The notes beneath the pieces are model-generated. The model saw nothing but the letters and a program-made list of their open reading frames with translations. It was not told the origin of the DNA and searched no databases. The translations under genes and the position numbers were made by a program. A stretch of DNA of 62,000 nt from Octopus vulgaris (Eukaryota): NCBI GenBank assembly GCA_951406725.2, contig OX597815.1, positions 35,546,001 to 35,608,000 of the forward strand, read 5' to 3'. Below are positions 1 to 11,610 of this stretch, piece after piece. Position 1 is the stretch's first letter. Each line of letters opens with the position of its first letter.

Positions 1-184
1 TACACACTTTATATCCTGGATATTCAGGAGGCGCTTCTGGAAGTTTTTCTGGACACACTAAGTTTAAATTTCCGGCATTGAAAGTTGGTACAGGCGACAA
101 GAAGGATCTTTGAAAAGATTTAGTCCCATTCGAAAGTAAAAACCTCGGACGAAGACTTGAAAATGTGCGACCTAGAGTCGCCAT
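1..184 (-). CDS. First coding exon (partial, runs off window) of an unidentified gene with a mitochondrial-presequence-like N-terminus
   Basis: Open frame from ATG at 184 (context CCAACATGGCG) to the edge: MATLGRTFSSLRPRFLLSNGTKSFQRSFLSPVPTFNAGNLNLVCPEKLPEAPPEYPGYKVC. R/S/L-rich with no acidic residue before position 46. Acceptor-like TTCTCATTTTTAG lies 10 nt upstream of the ATG (exon would start at 194). Absent from the ORF track because it has no stop in the window. Confidence 0.6.
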   Translation of the reverse strand, partial: MATLGRTFSSLRPRFLLSNGTKSFQRSFLSPVPTFNAGNLNLVCPEKLPEAPPEYPGYKVC

Positions 185-785
185 GTTGGTCGATCTAAAA
201 ATGAGAATTACCTCCCCTTGGTTAAGGGAGATATCATTTTAGCACAGATGCATATGTGGTATTGGATTCATATAAGCTTTAAACCTATATCGTATTAACA
301 AAACATCTATACACACACAGTGACTCTAAACGACACGGCGGAGGAGTAATGTCAAGAAATCTGGAATAAATGTCTCAAATTATATTGGCCAAAAAATATT
401 TGTAACTTTTTTATATGTAAGAACTTATGTCAACTGATCAAACCGGCTTGATGAGACTATACTGTATTAATGATGTCTTATAGATTGTATCATGTCTTTA
501 TGTGACCCTTGCCGACAAAAGAGATTAATTTCTAAAAATTATTTCCCTTCCCTTTGTCATTTGCTAACAAATGATGCCGCATTTTTGTAATATTTCTAGT
601 ACGAAGAAAGAAAATGCTATTAATTTAGAAATTGTTTTGCAAATAGAATTCAGTACATTTCCCCGTAACCTATCTAAATTCATGCCATTGGTCCATTACA
701 GTTATTTCTCATATTTGTGCTGTTGTTATTTTCTGTTGGTTTCTTACTATACAAATTGCATTGGTCAAACATAAATACCTGCTTT

Positions 786-1194
786 GGATCTTTTCGGTTT
801 GAACGGCAGTTTTTAACATAATTTCTAGGTAACTAAAAAATTTTAAACTTCGTATACTGGTAGAATGTGTTTATAAAACATCTTTTTCTCTTGGCTTTAT
901 TGAGAAAATTCTATAGTCTGTAAGATATTTGTTGGTTTTTTTCTTCAATTTCTGCAATTTCAACCAACCAATGACGTCTATTGAGGTGAAAACAGTCTGT
1001 GCCGTATGAATATGTCCCTCGTTTAAGAAACAGATTGGATTTATTTACATTTGTGAAGAAAAAAAGATATCCTTCCCCCACCCCTAACCCTAAAACAGAT
1101 TGAAATGCAATAGATCGATACTAGGGTCATAATTATGGGTGACAATTTCATATGACACCGCTAGAAAAAATGGCTGTTCAAACCGAAAAGATCC
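786..1194. mobile_element. MITE with GGATCTTTTCGGTTTGAAC terminal inverted repeats
   Basis: 19-bp perfect TIR at 786-804 and 1176-1194. Non-coding interior with (CCCTAA)2 at 1082-1093. No clear TSD. Related ends at 53965 and 55528. Confidence 0.85.
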
Positions 1195-1779
1195 CGTTTT
1201 TTTCTGTGTCTAACAATTAATGTCAACTGATCGTGCATTCTTGCAGAAACTGTATTATACTAGTGGGGTTTAATAGACTTAAACATATCTACAGTTGCCC
1301 CTTGCCTGCAAACAAAGACTAAATGTTCTCCTAAACATATACATGCTGCGTGTAATTAAAGAATGAGACCGTTACGATAATTAGAGATTTATCTTTTACA
1401 TTTCTTATATAATATGCCTGACCGTGTGGCTAAAGAGTTCCGTTTTGCATTTACGCGACTTTGTGTTCGATCTCACTGCGCGGCTTCAAGTTGACCAAAG
1501 CCTTGTGAGGATAATTGGGTTCAAAGCCTATCCGAAGAACCGTTCTTGTTCTTGATTGGTAGACTTAATCCAGCATCTCTTATAAAACCACTACCTTTAG
1601 CAAAGTGTCTCTACTTTGTTGTAGGCATTCCATTTATCTTCTCCCACTAATAACAAATGCTCTTAAAAGAGACCTAAGTGTTTCTATTCCGCCTCAAGAA
1701 AAGGTAACAGTCTGTCCTAATCGAAACTCAGCAGGACTACAAACAAGACCTATCAAAAGAACGGATGAACCTAGTGTAA

Positions 1780-2430
1780 GTTCAACGACTATATAGTAAT
1801 AACACGGGTCTTCAGGAATTCCGGGTAGGCGCCCGGAGTACTGGAAGCCCACTGGGTGTGAAGCACATCTCAGTTTTTGTTAAAGCATGTCTCAAGGAGA
1901 AGGTCAATCTGATAAAAGAAAAAACAGATATATGGAGAATGGCATTGAACATTTGGGAATCTTTTACTTGCACTTAAGATCATGGTGATCCAACATTCCT
2001 GAGCCTGTGACCCATATTATAATATCTTGTCCTAGCTTGTCTCTGATGTGACAATTACCGGCAAGGTGACTTTCCGATGCCCGATCGAGTAGGACGGTGC
2101 TGCGGCGAGCATATAACCGAAGGCGCGAACCCGGGTGAATTATTCCCCACAGAAAGATTATGACCATGTAAGAAAATCTTTTTTTAAGAGATGAAAAAGC
2201 TCCAAAAATTCGAGTCACTCGAATAGAGGATAAGCCGAAGGCCCCGGAGCTTTAATTGTAACACCAGTGTGATAACGAATCCATAGTTAAAGGACACGTG
2301 ACATAGCGAGGGTTTCCAGCTCCCAGGTCACGGCAAGTATTGCTGGGGGGTCGCGTAACTATTTTTATCATATTTATTATTATTATTATTATCATTATTA
2401 TTATTATTATTATTATTACTATTATGTTTT
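1780..2430 (+). mobile_element. Unclassified CpG-rich segment ending in an (ATT)n tail; possible non-LTR retroelement 3' end
   Basis: ATG-less open frame 1780-1977 (..VKHISVFVKACLKEKVNLIKEKTDIWRMALNIWESFTCT*), then about 380 bp of CpG-rich sequence, then (ATT)n at about 2371-2430. Confidence 0.3.
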
Positions 2431-3633
2431 ATTACGTTTTATTTGGAAATGTTGCGCCTTAGGAAATCGCCCCTGTGACTCCGCCACTGATAAGTAATAT
2501 CCATTTGGAGTAAATATTAATTCCTCTTGTGTGTATAACCAGAAAGTTGTTGAATCACACTGACTCCATGCTGAACTGTGACATGAAGATTAAAGGGAAT
2601 TTGGAATACATTTTTCTCTTGGATGTATTAAGGGAAAAGTTATCCCCTGAGATATTTTAAACCCAATAATTAGCGTATTGTGATGCAGTTTTATTCAGAG
2701 AACTCTCCACCATCATATTTTCCAGAAACTATGCAGTAAATAATAATTTTTATTTCCTTCTATGAATAAAACCCCCTTACAATAGTATATTCTACTGTTT
2801 AAAACGTGGCCTATTTAAAAGATGCCATCAAGATTATACAAGTAGCGTAACTGCAATGTTGGGAAGAAGAGTTATCTCCCTTAAACTATTATTTGTTTTC
2901 TCGTTTTGTCAATTTTATGCTATTTTAAAATAGTTTTTTTTTTAAAATTATTATTATTGCGATGAAGTATTAGTAAAGTGCCGAACTGGTAGAATCGTTA
3001 TTGCGCCGGACAGAATGACTAGAAGCATCTCTTCCGGCTTTTTACATTCTGAGTTTGAATTCCGCCGAGCTCGAGTCGACTTAACTTTTCATCCATTTTT
3101 GTTGAATTTATCGATTTTCTTCGAATTAATCGACTTCCTTCACTTAAAATTCGGCCGTTGTACCAAAATTTGGCCGTATGCCAATATCTGAAACCATTAT
3201 TATAGAATATTTGCTATTTCAAAATTTAAAGCAGTTCGCTTCAACATATATTTTCATCTTTATTCTATTGTTGATAGACAAAATCTCATCAAAGTCAACT
3301 TTGCTTTCTTTTCATCTTCCCACAGATTTAACGAAATAGTACCAATATGTAATAAGATCACACCAGTTAATTATATCACACTTACAAAACATGAACCGCT
3401 GGATTAATGTTTGTAGTGGGTAGTATAGATCATTGAATCTACCTCACTACATTACTTCGAGATTTCATTATTTTGAATAACATTGAACGGTATGAGACTG
3501 CTGTTCGGTTTCAGTCTCCAGTTGTGCCAATTATAATTCATTTGAATCATTAATGCTTTTGAGAAAAGAAGGAATGGATGTATAGAGGTTACAAATTTCC
3601 AAGTTTCCTTCACTAAAAATATTTCTACTTATA

Positions 3634-4451
3634 CGAGGTCTGATCAATAAGTATCCGGACGGTTGCCATAGTAACAAAGCTAAAACATGCAGAGTGAAGC
3701 CGCTTGGCAAAGATTGACCTAGAACTCTGTTGTGCACGCGCTGTAAGTTTTAACGTTCTAGTTCACTTCCGCTCTTACAACAGTGCTTGGAAGGAACGTG
3801 TGTAGAGTGTGATCGTCGCATTGATCGTGACAGAGAAAGTTGTCATGGCGATACCTGCTCAGAGGCCTACTCAAAGTTTCAGAAAGTGTATGGAGAAGAG
3901 TTTGTGAGCCGCTCATATGTGTACAAGATGTTTCCAAGATGGCCGAAAAAATGTCGATATTGACGAACATTCAGTGAGACCCGCAACCAGCAGAACTGAG
4001 AAAAACATCGCAGATGTGCATGCAGCTGTGAGGGGAAATCGTCAAATCAACATAACCTGAGTTATCAGAGGATGTGCAGATTACAGTTCATTTCAGTCCA
4101 TTATCACTGAAGACTTGGGTATGATACGCATATCTGCCAAGTTTGTGCCAAAACTGCTTTCAGCTGACCAAAAGCACACTCGGATATCAGTTGCACATGA
4201 TCTCCTTGATTGTGTCAAGAACGATGAAAACTTTTTAAAAACTTTGCGTAGGCCTCTGAGCAGGTATCACCAAGCTTTTGACAGAATTTGACGCAGATTC
4301 TCTGCTCAACTTTCTCTGTCATGGTCAATGCGGCGATCGAGCAGAGTTCAATCTGCAGAGTTCAAAGTCAATCTGTACCAAGCGGCTTCAACGCGAGTGC
4401 TTTAGCTTCGTTACTATGGCAACAGTCCGGATACTTATTGATCAGACCATG
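3634..4451 (+). mobile_element. Defective mariner element (two left ends in inverted orientation)
   Basis: TA flanks at 3632-3633 and 4452-4453. TIR CGAGGTCTGATCAATAAGTATCCGGAC. Transposase remnant DLGMIRISAKFVPKLLSADQK..DENFLKTL (WVPHEL-like motif) on +; N-terminus MTEKVEQRICVKFCQKLGDTCSEAYAK on - from 4322. Confidence 0.9.
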
Positions 4452-4494
4452 TATACACGAAACAGTGACTTTATAGGGAAGAGGCTCGACTTAC

Positions 4495-4600
4495 CCACTC
4501 TTTGCTTTCGGGTTAGAGTAAGATGCTGAGTGTTGTACGCTACCGCTGAGCGATTCGTTTGTATGTCACGCGTCGTAAATGCTGTAGTAGATATGGGAAG
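4495..4600 (-). promoter_or_regulatory. Candidate non-coding first exon/promoter of the minus-strand gene
   Basis: Consensus donor TGG|GTAAGT on - (exon ends at 4495) at the edge of a CpG-enriched non-repeat stretch (about 4530-4760). TSS position is unknown. Confidence 0.3.
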
Positions 4601-5024
4601 TGGTGGGGGGTATTATTGTATTTGTGACTGAATGAAATAAAGCACTGAAATATCAGAGTATGTCGGTAACTAACGTTTTCAACCTATGACTTTTGAGACG
4701 TTGGAGGACGGAAGGTACTGGACCGACGGCAAAATTTTGACTTCGCTAGCGTCCAGTCAATCTGAATTATTAGATGATGTTAATGAAGTTAACTGGCTGT
4801 TCCAGTGCAATTTTGCCGTGAGTATTTTGGACTGTCTCAAAACCTTTTAGAATGTAACACCAGTTTTCCCTTGGCGCGATATATAATTGAGGGAATTAGC
4901 TGACCTCTATTCCAATATATATCTACTATACTGTTTCTATCTATTTTCTTTGTTTCCTTTCGTGATATGTTCTTTTCAATGAATATTCATAAATTAAACA
5001 TTTAAGAGAAATTAAATATATATA

Positions 5025-6404
5025 CAGGCATAACTCGGCTTAAGTCGTTTCGATTTAAGTCGTTCTCGATTATAGTCGGTTTTCAAAAATAATATAAGGA
5101 AAAATTAAAATCAAGTAAAGTCATTTTACTCGACTTTACGTCTGTCCGCCACAACTATCGGAATCGTAAAATCACTAGAAAACCGTTAAAAGCACATAAA
5201 ATCATGTTACTGTATAATAAATAAGAATAAAAGCATATAAAATCATATTAAAATACGTACAGTAAAGTTGTGTAGCTTAGTGAACGAAATCATGAAATCA
5301 ACTATGTTGTCTTATTTATCGGTCTTTTGGAGCTCCTATTGCACTTCAGCACCAATATCTGCCGTTAGGCGTCGTTGTCACTCTTGATACCTGCGATTAT
5401 TTTTAATTCAAATTTGTTTACGCCTGTTTATTGGCTACTTTCTCATTCTCATTCATTTGTGACTTTATTTTTTTGCCCCCACGGCTCCTAAAAATTCATA
5501 TTGAAAGTGTTAAGCATTATGCTATAACGCTGGAAGGTAAACTGGCTATGATAAAATGTCATGAAAAAGGTGAAAAAGTGGTAGCAATTGCACAATCTTT
5601 TGGGATGAGTCGGATAACTCTATCGATGATTCTACATAATGAGGACAAGATTTCAGCACATATCAAATCTGAAGCCCAGGGATGAAAAACATTGTCATCA
5701 ATAAGAAAAGGAGCAAAATTTTTGAAGAAATGGAAAGTCTTCTTTCTCTTTGGAGTCTTAGGTTGAATCGTCAGTGTGCTATTATTAGTCATGAAAACAT
5801 TAGTCAAATCATTCTTGACTGTTAGTCAAGAAAAGGTTGTCTTTGTTTGAGGACCTGAAGAGAAAATATCTAGACGATAAAGATGTAGAGTTCAAGGCAA
5901 GTCAATGAGGGTTCATGAGATTTAAGGAGCGAAGTTATCACTCCATTAAGAAGCAAGGTGAAAGTACATCAGCTGACGAACAAGCAGCAGCGGAATATCC
6001 TAATGCATTAAAGAAAATCATCGAAAAAAAAACGGGTTTCTTCCCGAACAGATTTTTAACGGAAACGAAACTAGATTGTATTGGAAAAAAAACTGCCTGA
6101 CCGTTCATTTATTTCCTAGGTGGAGAAAAGTATTCCAGGCAACAAGGTCTCAAAAGAACGTGTGACCATTATGTTGGGAGGTAATTGTGTAGGAGATTTT
6201 AGGTTAAAGCCATTGCTTGTGTATCATGCACACAACCCCCGTTCCCTGATGAACATACCCAAGGCATCTCTCCTTGTTATATCGATGGCTAATTCTAAGG
6301 CATGGGTTACTGTTGTCGCTTTTGAAGCAGAGAAATACTGTAAAGAGAAGGGGATTCCTTTTAAGGTTTTACATATCTTGGATAATGCTCCATATCTTAG
6401 ATAA
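5025..6404 (+). mobile_element. Tigger/pogo DNA transposon, degenerate and 3'-truncated
   Basis: TA|CAGGCATAACTCGGCTTAAGTCG left end. Frameshifted CENP-B-type HTH (ITLEGKLAMIK..GEKVVAIAQSFGMSRITLSMIL) and DDE motifs (KERVTIMLGGNCVG, KPLLVYHAHNPR, NSKAWVT, ILDNAP). No right TIR found. Confidence 0.9.
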
Positions 6405-6720
6405 TGCAACCAATGGATTAGGGAATAATTGCTATCTAAGCAACCAATGGATTAGGGAATAATTGCTATCTAAGCTGCAACTGGTCTTTATAAGTCCATA
6501 ACACTTCGTGATATTTGGCCTAATGGGCCAAAACGGTCTAACCTGAAATCTTTTGCCCCAGTGCTGGGGCAAAACGGACCATCACTTTATACACTAAATT
6601 TCACATTTGTCACCCCTATTAACCCGTGAACAGTTAGATTTTGCTATAACGCACATTTTCCACTGAATTCAACCAGAGTATCTTCGTGACTAGGTGGAAA
6701 CTAGTTTGATAGTTAAGCTC

Positions 6721-6910
6721 TGATTGGCTGTATGCAAATGAGTTCATAACTGGGGTCCGGAACTCTCGTGGGGAAAAAATTCGCTGGCCGGGGACAAATA
6801 TTACAGGGCTCAATGCATTGATTTTCACGGGCGCCTATAAGATGGCCTTGTATGAACACCCCATTATCCGATCTTTCTTTTGTAAATATAATATTTTATA
6901 TTTACAGATT
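6721..6910 (+). promoter_or_regulatory. Motif cluster (inverted CCAAT, octamer, YY1-like) about 1 kb upstream of the PYROXD2 ATG
   Basis: ATTGG 6723-6727, ATGCAAAT 6732-6739, AAGATGGCC 6839-6847, and a consensus donor ATT|GTAAGT at 6910/6911. Confidence 0.3.
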
Positions 6911-7171
6911 GTAAGTTACTCTTTGTTTTTCAGAGCGTGGAGAAGAGAGTTTTATTGTAGCTTATATCGTACCTTTTATCTAGACACAGTGTCAAATAAA
7001 TATTTATTGGCGGTTGTAGTATTCATACTTTCATCAAGGACGTAGTTCTTTAGATAAGGCACAGCATCAGATAAATAAATAAGAAAAGTTGTAGTTTATA
7101 TACATTTAGCAAGGACATGCATAGTATAGGTAAAGTGAGTTTCTATTTAACGAAAGCTAGCTGATGTAGTG

Positions 7172-7341
7172 ATTAAGTCGATTATATCGATCCCAGTGAT
7201 TAACTGGTACTTATTTAATCAACCCCGAAAGGATGAAAGGCAATGTCGACCTCGGCGGAATTTGAACTCAGAGCGTAACGGCAGACGAAATACCGGTAGG
7301 CATTTCGCCCGGCGTGCTAACGTTTCTGCCAGCTCTCCGCC
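7172..7341 (-). mobile_element. tRNA-derived SINE family A (GGCGAGCTGGCAGAAACGTTAGC head)
   Basis: Head plus GTCGACTTTGCCTTTCATCCTTTCGGGGTCGATAAATTAAGTACCAG core. Other copies at about 8275-8480, 8625-8800, 22053-22285, 24358-24580, 41058-41280 and 59190-59400. Confidence 0.85.
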
Positions 7342-7936
7342 TGTTGCTAAACACAACACCCAACTGCTATAAGGCTGGGTCACTAAGTTGTTATGTCCTG
7401 TATCAGGACCGCTTCTTTGCACGCTGTTAATAAATATTGATTTCAAACAGTGGTACACTGATACAAATTGATTGGGTGAATAGTCAATCATATTAATCTC
7501 AGTATTTTGACTGATACCCTTAAAAGGATGGAATGCAAAATTTATGTTGGTGGAATCATAAATCTGTACGTAAAGAGAACTAAAGAACGTATGTCGTTTT
7601 AACCCCGCCACTTTACTGATTCTACCAAACCGCAGCTGCTTGTTAAATATTAGAAGACAATACTGATACCGGGACAAGTAGGTTACACAGCAGCAGCAGC
7701 AATTGAAATTTGATACACGTTAAACATCACTAGAATACATGTATGTCATTAAATTAAAGCTAAACATAATCTTACAAAAAAAAAAAACTGAACTTCGTTT
7801 CGAATAACTTGCGATTTCTCTAATTATTCAGATAAGAATTAAGCTCTTGACATAAATTTATTACCTGACTGGTCTTTGCTGTTAGCACAACGATAACTAC
7901 CTAATAACTTCTCATCAGCAAAAAAGTGTTGAAGCA

Positions 7937-8087
7937 ATGATGTTTAACCCCAGATTTTTGTCTTTTTCTTGGACCAGAATTAATTACCAAGTTTTTGCTC
8001 AGCACAAACTCTTCAAAAACCCTACAAGATATTACTGTAAACCCAAAGCACTGCAACTTAAATATGATGCTGTTATTATTGGAGCAG
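7937..8087 (+). CDS. PYROXD2: PYROXD2 coding exon 1 (basic presequence-like N-terminus, start of FAD-binding GxGxxG)
   Basis: MMFNPRFLSFSWTRINYQVFAQHKLFKNPTRYYCKPKALQLKYDAVIIGA-G, donor G|GTTTT. An upstream acceptor GTTAG| at 7885 suggests a 5' UTR intron. Confidence 0.9.
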
Positions 8088-8889
8088 GTTTTCTTCGTCT
8101 TTTCTGATTTAAATTTTTTAAATTATTCTGTGTGCTTTGTTTCTTCGATTTTAAATGTCAATATTATTTTAAAGAAGATATTTTGTTAATCGCTTATAGG
8201 TTAAAGCCCTTCACTTGTATTCCATTAGTAAGGGAAATGCATCAATATTACAATATTACAAGGGTTCAGAGGGAAGGGCCTTCGTCGATTCTATTGACTC
8301 CAATACTTCACTGGTACTTTATTTCGTCGACTTTGCCTTTCATCCTTTCGGGGTCGATAAATTAAGTACCAGTTGCGCACTGGGGTCGCTGTAATCGACT
8401 TAATCCGTTTGTCTGTCCTTGTTTGTCCACTCTATGTTTAGCCCCTTGTGGGTAGTACAGAAATAGGTACTTTATTTCATCGATCTCTAAAGGGTGAAAA
8501 GCAAAGTTAATCTCCCCGATGCCAACTCTGCTTTTCATCCTTTGGGGGGGGGGTCGATAAAATAAAGTGCAAGTGCAGTACTGGAGTCAATGGAATCGAT
8601 TAAGGCCTTCCTCTTATTATAATTCTATGGCTGCGAGCTGGCGGAATCGGTAGCACACTGAGCAAAATGCACGTTAGACTTAACCTTTCTGCACGTTCGA
8701 CTTAACCTTTCATCCTTTCGGGGTCGATAAATTAAGTACCAGTGAAACACTGGAGTTAATGTAATCGACTACTTACCTCCCTCAAAAATGTCAGTCCTTG
8801 TACTTTTAATAAAAAGAATTACTATTGCTATTATTAAGGCAGCGAGCAGGCAGAATCGTTAGCGCGCAGGGCAAAAATACCTAGCAGTA

Positions 8890-9500
8890 CAGTAATAGTT
8901 CACTTTACAAGGACCCGCTTTACGAGATCCTGGATTTACGAGTTTTATTTTTCAAGCACAAGCTCTTTTCTTTTTTTTTTTTGAACAAAGTGCAGAAGTT
9001 TCTACTACCATAACAAATGCTTCTGCATATTACTAAGAAATTTATAGAGAGTGTTTTTTTTTTTTACGAGTGTGTAACGTTTAGGTTTTAATTAGTATAG
9101 TTACCAATCGTAACGGGTAAGATTGATTAGGTACACAATAATATGAAATGTCGGAGTCAGCAGTTGTAACGATAATAAGAAGAGTGGTCTCGGTGCGCGC
9201 ACTCGCGTACTCGCGCATCCGCGCTAGCTAGTCGTGGCTAGTCGATCCTACAACGACTACCCAGCAAAGTAAATAAAACAGAAAATAAATAATTTTTTTA
9301 ACACAAAGTAAATAATTTTTTTAACACAAAGTAAATAATTTTTTTTTTCTAAACAACGTAAATAATTTTTGTTAACAAATTAAATAGATATAACACACTA
9401 CCCGTTTTTGGTACCCCCATTATACTCTTAAAACGTCGTTTTATGTTTTAATAACTTTCAACCGAATTTGTATGAACATTTGTTATCGGATCGACAAAAT
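8890..9500 (+). mobile_element. Tc1/mariner-Tigger-like element, left end only
   Basis: TA|CAGTAATAGTTCACTTTACAAGGACCCGCTTTACGAG terminus. Interior CpG cluster and tandem repeats of about 23 bp. No matching right TIR seen. Confidence 0.4.
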
Positions 9501-9514
9501 TTTCGCAAGGGTTC

Positions 9515-9774
9515 ATACCAGCATCAGTTGTCATGCGATGTTGGCGGGGAGGAACAAGCACAGACACACAAACATATACACACACATGTATATATATATA
9601 TACATATATACGATGGCCTTCTTTCAGTTTCCGTCTACTAAATCCACTCACAAGGCTTTGGTCGGCCCGATGCTATAGTAGAAGACACTTACTGAAGGTG
9701 CCATGCACTGAGACTGAACCCAGAACCATGTGGTTCGTAAGCAAGCTACTTACTACACAGCCACTCCTATGCCT
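9515..9774 (-). mobile_element. tRNA/CORE-like SINE family C (GGCATGGCTGTGTGGTAAGAAG head, internal TA/TG microsatellite)
   Basis: Recurrent family. Other copies or fragments at about 9988-10299(+), 12225-12450(-), 13893-14235(+), 20205-20350(-), 24137-24757(-, interrupted by a family A copy), 31495-31860(-), 32395-32665(-), 33800-34140(-), 36640-37010(-), 39800-40080(+) and 60890-61200(+). Confidence 0.85.
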
Positions 9775-10462
9775 ATGGAAAACTAGCAACAACAATAATA
9801 ATAATTTCTTTCTAATTTTGGCACAAGGCCAGTAATTTTGAGTGGTTGGGGTAATTGATTACATTAGCCGTAGTGCTCAACTAGTACTTATTTTATTAAC
9901 CCTGAAAGCAATAAAGGCAAAGTCGACCTTGGTGAGATTTGAACTCAGAACATGAAGATGGGCAAAATGCTGCTAGGTAACAGTTTAGCCTTATGAGTGG
10001 ATTTGGTAGATGGAAACTGAAAGAAGCCCATCGTATATATGTATATATATATATATGTATGTGTGTGTATATGCTTGTGTGTCTGTGTTTGTCCCCCCCC
10101 CCCCCCCCCAACATCACATGACACTGATGTTGGTATGTTTACATCCCTGTAACTTAGTAGTTCGGCAAAAGAGACCGATAGAATAAGTACTAGGCTTACA
10201 AAGAATAAGTCCTGGGGTCGATTTACTAGACTAAAGACGGTGCTCCAGCATGGCCACAGTCACATGACTGAAACAAGTAAAAGAGTAAAGAGTAAGAGTA
10301 TTGAATGCAAGGAAATTTCTGAAGTATGTTTCACAATAGATTATTTTAAACCCCTCTTCATTTTAGTTACTTATTCTGTGATTCATTTGTGTTAATTATT
10401 CTATGACTTTCATTCTCTTTGTTATTCTTTGATTCATCTTCCTCTCTCTTTCTGTGTTTCAG

Positions 10463-10482
10463 GACACAATGGATTGATCACT
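10463..10482 (+). CDS. PYROXD2: PYROXD2 coding exon 2 (20-nt microexon)
   Basis: TTTCAG|GA CAC AAT GGA TTG ATC ACT|GTAAGT = (G)HNGLIT, completing GAGHNG. Confidence 0.95.
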
Positions 10483-11192
10483 GTAAGTTGAAGTTCAATT
10501 TTTTTGCTTTACAATGTTTTAATTCTCTCCTGATTAATTTAGATTAGATCTCTCATTCACCCTGTCTTTTTTCTTCCTCTAGTCTCTCTTCTCCTTTTTC
10601 TCTCAGGGATGTGAGAGTAGGGGCAGAAAAAAGAATGATTTTGATACCAAGAAGATGGAAGAATGCAAAGATGTGGTCAAATGCAATGACACCTTCAATG
10701 CTTAAGCATATGGTCCACCTCAATACAATCTACTCTCTCACCCTCATTTTGAATCCAACAGTCTGATGGGAAAGACTTGATTGTTTCAATAATCTGATTC
10801 AAGTAACTCTACATTGATCTTTATTCAATGGCTCATCCCATTATTTCTGGGAGGTGATAGCAGTTATGGAGATAATGATTTTTTTTTGGGGTGGGGTTGT
10901 TATTTAGTCTTAAGTCAGCCATGATCTAGAAAAGCTTAATTCCAAAACTGTTTCAACTACAGTTAACATACTTCCATTTTAAGATAGTGGGAAGATTTGG
11001 CTGCTATTTCCAGTAGGGTAAGCAATTATGTAGAGGCCTTCATTCCTCTTTGGCTCACTTGTGATACTTGTGGCAGTGATGGTGAATTTAAGAAGTTAAT
11101 CTTTCAATTTATTAAAGTAAACAATTAAGTCTTCAAATGAACCACATGTTTGAGCAGTCAACATATATTATTAACAACTATTCCTTTCGCAG

Positions 11193-11286
11193 GCTGCCTA
11201 CCTACAGAAAGCTGGCTTGAAGGTTTGTGTCTTGGAGAAACGTCATGTAATTGGTGGAGCAGCTGTAACAGAGGAAATAATACCAG
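11193..11286 (+). CDS. PYROXD2: PYROXD2 coding exon 3
   Basis: [32 protein letters not shown]; CGCAG| and |GTAAGT. Confidence 0.97.
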
Positions 11287-11610
11287 GTAAGTGTTTCATA
11301 TAATTAAACCTTAAGTAACTCATTGTTTTAATGTCTACCTTTTCCAGACATACATGGGAATTCATTGTGGCAGGTTTTCTACAACTAGTCACCTTGCCTG
11401 TCACCAACACTCAGCTGTTTCCAGGCAATTTTCCATACAGGGTTTACATATGTACATAACTGACAGGCCCCTGATATTAAATAAAATGCTAAGCACTTAT
11501 AGTATGGAAATTAATTGCTACAGCTTTGTATAGCTACTGGATTCGATGAGTATACAAACAGATTGGTTGCTTGTTTCTCTGGGATTGATCAAATTGATGT
11601 GGAAACTTCT

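Noticed and set aside
2290-2345. HDV-like ribozyme (CCCTCGCT L3-like motif between CGTGAC/GTCACG on the minus strand)
   Set aside because: No P3 pairing, P1.1 or P2/J4-2 could be built.
6395-6574. 34-bp tandem duplication at the Tigger break and an 11-bp hairpin at 6551-6574
   Set aside because: Real but small local rearrangements with no supporting context; a 24-bp duplication near 29965-30003 and a 28-bp one near 27597-27682 were treated the same way.
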